Positions 10,591 through 16,525 of a stretch of DNA of 31,094 nucleotides are shown one piece after another. The position numbers were made by a program, and so were the translations under genes. Every line of letters begins with the position of its first letter. The first letter of the stretch is position 1. The DNA comes from a virus (lineage: Duplodnaviria > Caudoviricetes): positions 1-31,094 of the IMG/VR virus record IMGVR_UViG_3300025646_000207; one strand, written 5' to 3'. The notes under the pieces are model-generated. The model was not told the origin of the DNA. It worked only from the letters and a program-made list of their open reading frames with translations, and made no database searches.

Positions 10591-10785
10591 TCATTCAAAG
10601 GTTTCGTTGTAGTATTTCTCGCAGCTGTTACGATGACATGGAACCCATTGACCGCCTTCCATATATGCATCCATAATCTGCTCCTTCTCCATTGCCTTAG
10701 CTTCTTCGAGCTTGGCTTTGTAGTACGGGTCATCCCAATCAATCGTTGGGAGTTTGCTGACCAACCAATCTATTGCTGTTTTCAT
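10591..10785 (-). CDS. Hypothetical protein (64 aa)
   Basis: MKTAIDWL...AKAMEKEQIMDAY...YYNETF pattern, which I recognise from Bacteroidota phages. Confidence 0.7.
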   Translation of the reverse strand: MKTAIDWLVSKLPTIDWDDPYYKAKLEEAKAMEKEQIMDAYMEGGQWVPCHRNSCEKYYNETFE

Positions 10786-10902
10786 TGCTTCTAATTTTTA
10801 CCAATATTTCTGTTTACTGACGTTTATTTGAACGATTAGCCTATGTTCTGCATCTTTAATGATGCATCTTGACATCACAGATTGTGATCTCAAGTATACC
10901 CG

Positions 10903-11139
10903 TTACGGATTATTCGTTACGACATATTCGTAATCAACAGTCATGCTTTCAATCAGCATCTCAAGGTAGTGCTTGGCCTTGTTGAGGTCGTCCAAACCAC
11001 CTTTGTCCTTGTACCTGCATACGTACTTGATGATGTTCCCTTCTACGAACGGGATGTTGTTCGCCATGCAGAACTCGTAGACCTCTACGTTCATCTTCTT
11101 GTAGTGGTTACCACCTATTTGCTTGTCTTTTGCGCTCAT
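10903..11139 (-). CDS. DUF3310 (SaV-like) protein (78 aa)
   Basis: QIGGNHY...GNIIKYVCRYKDKGGLDDLNKAKHYL; start moved to ATG 11139 because the longer ORF call runs into tRNA-Leu. Confidence 0.85.
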   Translation of the reverse strand: MSAKDKQIGGNHYKKMNVEVYEFCMANNIPFVEGNIIKYVCRYKDKGGLDDLNKAKHYLEMLIESMTVDYEYVVTNNP

Positions 11140-11154
11140 GTAAATTAAATTTTG

Positions 11155-11239
11155 TAGCCGAAATGGGACTCGAACCCACACGACCCTTCGGGTCAACAGA
11201 TTTTAAGTCTGTCATGTCTACCAATTCCATCATTCGGCC
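11155..11239 (-). tRNA. tRNA-Leu(TAA)
   Basis: GGCCGAA/TTCGGCT acceptor, ACAGA-CTTAAAA-TCTGT anticodon arm, long variable arm GACCC-GAA-GGGTC, GTGGG-TTCGAGT-CCCAT T arm; no encoded CCA. Confidence 0.95.
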
Positions 11240-11243
11240 ATTG

Positions 11244-11317
11244 TACTCCCGACAGGATTCGAACCTGTGGCCGTCTGCTTAGAAGGCAGATGCTCTATCC
11301 AACTGAGCTACGGGAGC
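11244..11317 (-). tRNA. tRNA-Arg(TCT)
   Basis: GCTCCCG/CGGGAGT acceptor, GCTC/GAGC D stem, TCTGC-CTTCTAA-GCAGA anticodon arm, ACAGG-TTCGAAT-CCTGT T arm. Confidence 0.96.
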
Positions 11318-11374
11318 GTGTATGAGATATCGTTCATTAAGCTCATTAAAAGGGCATAATGAATGAGATACGCA

Positions 11375-11536
11375 TCATTGCACGAAAAGGCTTAATGCTA
11401 TCAAGAGGTCAGCAACCGTTATCATACCACTTCCGTTCAGATCGTATAACGGATTGTAAGGCGGTGGCATACCAGGGCCGAGGTACATCAGCAGATAAGA
11501 CAAAAACTCGAAGTTTACTGTTATTTGTGTAGTCAT
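11375..11536 (-). CDS. Unannotated 53-aa protein with one dockerin/EF-hand-like Ca-binding loop
   Basis: My translation: MTTQITVNFEFLSYLLMYLGPGMPPPYNPLYDLNGSGMITVADLLIALSLFVQ; TAAATTTG box 7 nt upstream. Confidence 0.65.
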   Translation of the reverse strand: MTTQITVNFEFLSYLLMYLGPGMPPPYNPLYDLNGSGMITVADLLIALSLFVQ

Positions 11537-11543
11537 GTATAAG

Positions 11544-11551
11544 CAAATTTA
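11544..11551 (-). promoter_or_regulatory. -7 box (TAAATTTG)
   Basis: TAnnTTTG match between the tRNA-like element and the micro-ORF. Confidence 0.55.
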
Positions 11552-11552
11552 G

Positions 11553-11668
11553 CAGTCAGGGCAGGATTCGAACCTGCAACCTCTATTACTTTTATCATCC
11601 TCAGCGTAAATCACAGCTTCCAAACGGAATCAATTTTCTCTAGCGGATTTCCCATTTCCCACCTGACT
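11553..11668 (-). ncRNA. tRNA-like RNA with intact acceptor/D/T arms and an expanded, non-canonical anticodon region
   Basis: AGTCAGG/CCTGACT perfect acceptor, GGA-AATGGGAAA-TCC D arm, GCAGG-TTCGAAT-CCTGC T arm; ~60 nt replace the 17-nt anticodon arm. Confidence 0.75.
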
Positions 11669-11735
11669 AAGATGTCGTTTTTAAAGGACACTACCGATTG
11701 CTTAACCTAAATAGCTTTAAACGACCAAACCTTTG

Positions 11736-11809
11736 TAGGGACGACAGGGCTTGAACCTGTGACCTTGACTGTATAAGAGTCCTGCTCTAACCAGCTGAGC
11801 TACGTCCCC
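11736..11809 (-). tRNA. tRNA-Ile(TAT)
   Basis: GGGGACG/CGTCCCT acceptor, GCTC/GAGC D stem, GACT-CTTATAC-AGTC anticodon arm, ACAGG-TTCAAGC-CCTGT T arm. Confidence 0.9.
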
Positions 11810-11872
11810 AACTGATGCGCCTGTATGAAACGTAGAGGCGCAGAACTCTTTGCCGCGAAGCAAAGAACAGAT

Positions 11873-11880
11873 CAAAGTTA
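11873..11880 (-). promoter_or_regulatory. -7 box (TAACTTTG) heading the tRNA cluster
   Basis: TAnnTTTG match overlapping the stop of the upstream ORF. Confidence 0.6.
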
Positions 11881-12129
11881 ATCTTTTTTCTTCCTTTCGC
11901 TGCCTTTTAGACGACTTTTTTCTCTTCTTCCTCTGTTAACAGACGCTGGTTCTACCCTGGTTCCGTTCTCGTCGTGGTGGATATCCTTCCCGTCACCTTT
12001 CTTTACCCTCCCCTCTCTTTCAGCCTTCCTTCTGTTCCTATTTCTTTCGGCTCTCTTTTTCTTCTGCTCTTCGGAAGACTGAAAATCCTCATACTCTTGC
12101 TTGTAGTTTCTCTTTATTACTTTCATCAC
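11878..12129 (-). CDS. Small basic HNH-like protein (83 aa)
   Basis: RNYKQEY...RAERNRNRR...KGDGKDIHH...ASVNRG pattern of short phage HNH proteins, with a shortened loop. Confidence 0.6.
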   Translation of the reverse strand: MMKVIKRNYKQEYEDFQSSEEQKKKRAERNRNRRKAEREGRVKKGDGKDIHHDENGTRVEPASVNRGRREKSRLKGSERKKKD

Positions 12130-12416
12130 TTTGAATATTTCTCTGCAAATCCGCCGCCGTAGTCCTTCTCCTCGTCTATAGACCCCTTCTCGCTTAAGTC
12201 CTTCACAAACTGATCCAGCTTCTGCATCTCAAGGATGAGCTCCTTGCAGTCAACAGCCGTTTGCTTGATAGACTGAAGCTCAGCCTTACGTGCGCTGCCA
12301 TTGATCTCAGGATCGACAGGCTTCTTTACCTCCTCGATCATGTTGTCTATGGCAACCTCCATGCTCTTCATCAACCTTACGGCTGCGTCTACGGTCTTGA
12401 ACTTATCCTGTGACAT
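12126..12416 (-). CDS. Helical protein, candidate terminase small subunit (96 aa)
   Basis: Helical, acidic C-terminus ending GFAEKYSK; position upstream of the terL/portal module (inference). Confidence 0.45.
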   Translation of the reverse strand: MSQDKFKTVDAAVRLMKSMEVAIDNMIEEVKKPVDPEINGSARKAELQSIKQTAVDCKELILEMQKLDQFVKDLSEKGSIDEEKDYGGGFAEKYSK

Positions 12417-12981
12417 ACATAATATCTTCTTCCCTCACGCGAAAATACACTCGATCATCTATAGTAACCTCGTAGTCAGAGTTCTTCTTAAAACCTACTT
12501 TATCATTTAGTTGAACGTCTATATCGTAACCTACTGGTAAACAAGTAACTATAGCTTCGTTTTTAATCTTTTTGTTTAAGTGATCTAATATAATCAACTC
12601 AGAATCAATGACTTCCTCTTCTTTAGTTGACTCAAGCAAGAACCACTTAGACAGGCAGTGTATCTCCCCGTCCTTGTTCTTGTAAGCAAAAGCTTGCGAC
12701 ATGGTAGGTCGATCTGGATCGTAGTGAACGAAGTACTTGTCTTCCTCCCAATCGAGCTTCTGACCTCCGTTGATAACCACCAAATGGTGGAAGTACAGGG
12801 TGTCGCCAACAGCTACAGGGGTGTCGTACTTCTTCGGCGTTGCCACTACCTCACCTTCAACTACTCTGTGCTTAAACTCATCGAACTTATTGTCTACGAA
12901 CAACTTAAGGCCGTTACTTAAAGTAATTTCGTCGTTAAGAGGCTTTTCTATTTTGACAATGAACGATTTAATAGAATTCAT
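12403..12981 (-). CDS. groES: GroES-like co-chaperonin with two tandem domains (192 aa)
   Basis: ITLSNGL...EGEVVATP...VAVGDTLYF and NEAIV...VQLNDKVGF...YEVTIDDRVYFRVREEDIM both resemble Cpn10. Confidence 0.7.
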   Translation of the reverse strand: MNSIKSFIVKIEKPLNDEITLSNGLKLFVDNKFDEFKHRVVEGEVVATPKKYDTPVAVGDTLYFHHLVVINGGQKLDWEEDKYFVHYDPDRPTMSQAFAYKNKDGEIHCLSKWFLLESTKEEEVIDSELIILDHLNKKIKNEAIVTCLPVGYDIDVQLNDKVGFKKNSDYEVTIDDRVYFRVREEDIMYVTG

Positions 12982-12986
12982 GTAAA

Positions 12987-13241
12987 TTAAAAGTTTAAGT
13001 CCATTTCAACTACAGTAGGCATAGAGTCTATGACCTTCCAAATACTAGATCCTTCAGGAGTCTCTACGTATATGAGGAACCTATTCTTAGCCGAGAAGTG
13101 AAAGTGTCTTTCGTCGAATACAATAGCTGTAACCTTACCCGTGGGGTTAGCAGACGGACCGACTGGCATACCTACATAATAAGCCATACCGTTCTTAGGC
13201 TCTTTGCCTATAACGATCTTTCTAATAACACCTAACTCCAT
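12987..13241 (-). CDS. Hypothetical protein (84 aa)
   Basis: Coupled in the operon with GroES-like gene. Confidence 0.7.
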   Translation of the reverse strand: MELGVIRKIVIGKEPKNGMAYYVGMPVGPSANPTGKVTAIVFDERHFHFSAKNRFLIYVETPEGSSIWKVIDSMPTVVEMDLNF

Positions 13242-13522
13242 CAGTTCAAGCTTATACCAGCTCCGTTGATAAGGTCATTGAAGTCAGAATCTCTATCGTA
13301 CGCGACTTGAACCAATCCATTGACTAAGTCAACTTCCATTTGGTTGTCAAGCGATATGTAAACGTCTGAGTTGACCATAGGGCCTTCGTCCGACTCTTCT
13401 ATATTAGCCACCACCATAGAGAATAACACAGAGTCTTTCAGGTCAAACTCTTCTATCATCGCCTCTATCTCTGAAGATATCTCAGATATTCTCTCTTTAA
13501 ACCTTTCTTGATTAAACTTCAT
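13241..13522 (-). CDS. Acidic hypothetical protein (93 aa)
   Basis: First gene after a TAAATTTG box; TGATG overlap with next gene. Confidence 0.7.
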   Translation of the reverse strand: MKFNQERFKERISEISSEIEAMIEEFDLKDSVLFSMVVANIEESDEGPMVNSDVYISLDNQMEVDLVNGLVQVAYDRDSDFNDLINGAGISLN

Positions 13523-13530
13523 ATCTTATC

Positions 13531-13560
13531 TTGTTTGATACAAATTTAATCATCAAACAA
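13531..13560. promoter_or_regulatory. 9-bp inverted repeat TTGTTTGAT-N12-ATCAAACAA enclosing a minus-strand -7 box (13541-13548)
   Basis: Perfect dyad filling the gap between divergent genes. Confidence 0.6.
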
Positions 13561-13970
13561 TGCCGCAGGTTTCGAAGAGAAAGAAAAACAGGAAGTCCAT
13601 GTTTAGAGACTTCCTGCATCGTAACAACGTAGAAAACAACTATTTAAAGTACTACAGGAAGAAATCCATTGAAGTGTCTAAAAAGTACGACATATCCGTG
13701 GTGCAGCTACAATTCATCTGTTGGGCATACGATTTGGAGTTTTTTACTATATACCACGCAGCAGAAGACAACGAGTACAGCTATCCACACGTAGAGAACA
13801 GGATTATATACCCTCTGTTAAAGAAGGGGCTGCTCTACAAGTACTACGACAAACTCTCACCGAGCGCACAGATAGACAAGCAGATGTTCGACGAGAACAA
13901 GTTCAACTACAGAGTGAGGTACGCGCTGACTCAGAAAGCAAGGAATGCTGTAAAACTTATGTATGATTAA
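13560..13970 (+). CDS. Basic winged-helix-like putative transcription regulator (136 aa)
   Basis: Only convincing plus-strand gene in the late arm; ISVVQLQFICWAYD...IYPLLKKGLL...RYALTQKAR resembles a MarR-like wHTH layout. Confidence 0.55.
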   Translation: MPQVSKRKKNRKSMFRDFLHRNNVENNYLKYYRKKSIEVSKKYDISVVQLQFICWAYDLEFFTIYHAAEDNEYSYPHVENRIIYPLLKKGLLYKYYDKLSPSAQIDKQMFDENKFNYRVRYALTQKARNAVKLMYD

Positions 13971-16069
13971 AAATAGTTGTAAGTAAAATCGTGATTAGTC
14001 GGGAAAATCCAAGGAGACTGGCTAAGATCATAACCAAGTCCATAAAGCGTTGTTCCACTAAAAGTTGTAGCAGTTCCATCAACAGATGACACTTGAATTC
14101 GATTCTGTGTGTAGCTTTGATTTGGACTAATGGTTAATTGTAATGTAAGATAAGAGTTTGGGCTAATAAAAAAGCCTGGTGACTCCAAAAATTCATCGTT
14201 ATCAAGATCTACTGCTATTTGATAATGATACGTAGCAAAATTAAAACTAGCCCCTTGGTATATATTCCCGTATGTGTGATCAAAATCTCCTTGAGAACCA
14301 GCGTAATCAGCCGCTGCCGTTATAGTTGGATTTAAAAGTCTTATGCTTTGGCCTTCGCCACCAAACCATTCACCACCATAAAATATAGAGTTATATATAT
14401 CAACATTAATCTCTAAACCAAAGTCAGATGGTGAATCAAAAATTAATGGGCTGGGGTAATCAGTGACAAGATTTGGAGAGTAGTCTCCAAGAACAATCAC
14501 AGTAAAAGGAACGATAAAAGTGTTGCCTGATATAGTAGGGTTTATATAAGTTGTAGAAAATATCTGCTCTATCGAACCAAAAACACTTGATATATTATTT
14601 TGAATCAAACCAACCTGAAAATCAGCTAAAATGGGAGACGCAGCTACATTTCCGTTATCGCATTCATAGTTTATAAACGGAAAGCCCAAAACATTAGAAA
14701 CCGACATCTGATCTGATTGAGTAAATAAACCAAGATCTACACCTTGATCTATTATTATCTCGTAAGTAGTCTCTGTATTAATAGATGGCGTTATTAAGCA
14801 CGTTCCGTCTACTATATCGTCTGGAAAAGTAACTGTAAAAGATGCGTTGTAAGAAAGGTTATAAGGTGTGTTATCAAAAACTTGTGCAGTTGACGCCGCA
14901 GTATCTATTGTAGTTATGACACTCCCGTTTTGGTATATGTTAAGAGTAAGCGGAATGTTTGTGTTTGTTGAACCGCTTTGTGTGTATATACTAGGAAATG
15001 GGTTTAAATCCTCACCATCAAAAGACAGCCTCATAGAAAACAAAGCGGAGTCGTTAATAGTTAAGAAACTAAAATTATCAAAAGAATATGTATAAGTCCA
15101 AGGGTGTTGTATTGCCGTCTCTTCTTTTGTCACCTCTTTTGTAAAATCTCCGTCTTCATAATAGTTATAACTCTCCCCATTAGCTGTCAAAATGGTTTGC
15201 CCTATAGTAACCTGATAAAAAAGAGGTGTTTGTTTTAATATAGGAGAGACAACATACTCAGAGGCATAAGGATCAAATGTTATGTGGCCGTTCAGTATAC
15301 TGCCAGCTTCCTGTATAACATATTGATCTGTGACCAGTTGTGTAAATTCAGCGGACATTACGGTCCTTTCTACACCACCATTTTGTGCATCAATTTGATA
15401 CGCTGTTACCGTTATGGGTAAATCAAGGGTTATCGTAGGAGTACCTGGGGCTGGGTTTGGACTTATCGGAGGGCCTGGATCTGGTAAAGGCTGAAACTCA
15501 ACGTCTATGTTTAGCGTTACAGAGTTGTTTGTGCCGTCGTATGACTCGTCAACTGTCAGGTCGTGAAAATCATAAACCAAGACTATTTCTTCAAATAGCG
15601 CTGTATTGTCAATAGCATAGCTTATTATTTGTGCTGTAGAGTATGTTGAGTTTATTGACTCAAAAGAAAGAGCTGGAAATACTGTAAGGGAGTACTGAAT
15701 TGCACCTTCAGAAATTTCGTTTGTGATCAATACTACCTCTGTTGGAAACAATACAGACTTAGACAAAACAAGAGTTGTTTCTACGCCATTAACAGAAACA
15801 GAGTCTACATTAAAACCAGTTCCATCAGAATAACTAAAAGACGCAACACTTGACTGATCTACTAAAACCAAAAACTCTTCACTAAAGTTAACAGATCTAT
15901 TGACCGTAAAGTTGGTTGCGTTGTTTGTAATTAAAACAGTTACAGAAAATTCTATGCTTCCTAAGGACTCAACAACAGAAAAATCAGTTATTGAGAATAA
16001 TGGCGATAAATCAGGCGGTTCAATTCCTAATAAATTTAATCCGCTACCGCTTAATCCTAATTTTAACAT
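13967..16069 (-). CDS. Highly acidic beta-rich putative virion surface protein (700 aa)
   Basis: MLKLGLSG start, about 10 K+R in 700 aa, Pro-rich linker. Confidence 0.6.
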   Translation of the reverse strand: MLKLGLSGSGLNLLGIEPPDLSPLFSITDFSVVESLGSIEFSVTVLITNNATNFTVNRSVNFSEEFLVLVDQSSVASFSYSDGTGFNVDSVSVNGVETTLVLSKSVLFPTEVVLITNEISEGAIQYSLTVFPALSFESINSTYSTAQIISYAIDNTALFEEIVLVYDFHDLTVDESYDGTNNSVTLNIDVEFQPLPDPGPPISPNPAPGTPTITLDLPITVTAYQIDAQNGGVERTVMSAEFTQLVTDQYVIQEAGSILNGHITFDPYASEYVVSPILKQTPLFYQVTIGQTILTANGESYNYYEDGDFTKEVTKEETAIQHPWTYTYSFDNFSFLTINDSALFSMRLSFDGEDLNPFPSIYTQSGSTNTNIPLTLNIYQNGSVITTIDTAASTAQVFDNTPYNLSYNASFTVTFPDDIVDGTCLITPSINTETTYEIIIDQGVDLGLFTQSDQMSVSNVLGFPFINYECDNGNVAASPILADFQVGLIQNNISSVFGSIEQIFSTTYINPTISGNTFIVPFTVIVLGDYSPNLVTDYPSPLIFDSPSDFGLEINVDIYNSIFYGGEWFGGEGQSIRLLNPTITAAADYAGSQGDFDHTYGNIYQGASFNFATYHYQIAVDLDNDEFLESPGFFISPNSYLTLQLTISPNQSYTQNRIQVSSVDGTATTFSGTTLYGLGYDLSQSPWIFPTNHDFTYNYF

Positions 16070-16524
16070 GGCTTATAGTATACTCCTTTATTATCTCTGT
16101 ACGCTCTCAAGCATCTCTTTCTGTTGTCTTCGTTATGTTTATACGAGACATGGACCCAAGCTGGGGAGGCGTCGTCGCCGAACTCCCAGATCAGTTGATC
16201 AAACTCAAGATTATTCTTAATGTAATCGAAGACTTGTTTATTCGTGAGACCACCATAGATATCGGCGTCAATATCCAAGGCTTGTCCCACCATATGCTGC
16301 GATGTTGAAGATCCTCCAATGGCTTTGTTTAATTTTTTTGACCTATACCCTGACGTAACCCCTAACGGAACGCGAAAGTAGTCTCTTACAGGCTGAAAAA
16401 CCTCATTCGCTATGTGCTTAAGGTTTGCTATTACTTCCTTTGGCGGTGTGTTGTCTATATCCAGCCTCGTGGCTGTGTTGCTCTTCACGCACTCTTGCAG
16501 GGATAAGTTCTTGCTTAATTTCAT
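16063..16524 (-). CDS. Peptidase M15A family endolysin (153 aa)
   Basis: SGYRS..LN..IGGS..SQH..GQALD and WVHVSY Zn-binding motifs; start set at MKLSKN just after the upstream stop. Confidence 0.9.
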   Translation of the reverse strand: MKLSKNLSLQECVKSNTATRLDIDNTPPKEVIANLKHIANEVFQPVRDYFRVPLGVTSGYRSKKLNKAIGGSSTSQHMVGQALDIDADIYGGLTNKQVFDYIKNNLEFDQLIWEFGDDASPAWVHVSYKHNEDNRKRCLRAYRDNKGVYYKPC

Positions 16525-16525
16525 T

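Noticed and set aside
10903-11196. 97-aa ORF call extending DUF3310 upstream
   Set aside because: The extension overlaps tRNA-Leu; ATG 11139 is the sensible start
11812-11845. CTGATG...GAAA resembling a hammerhead ribozyme core on the plus strand
   Set aside because: Core reads CUGAUGC rather than CUGAUGA and stems I-III cannot be built
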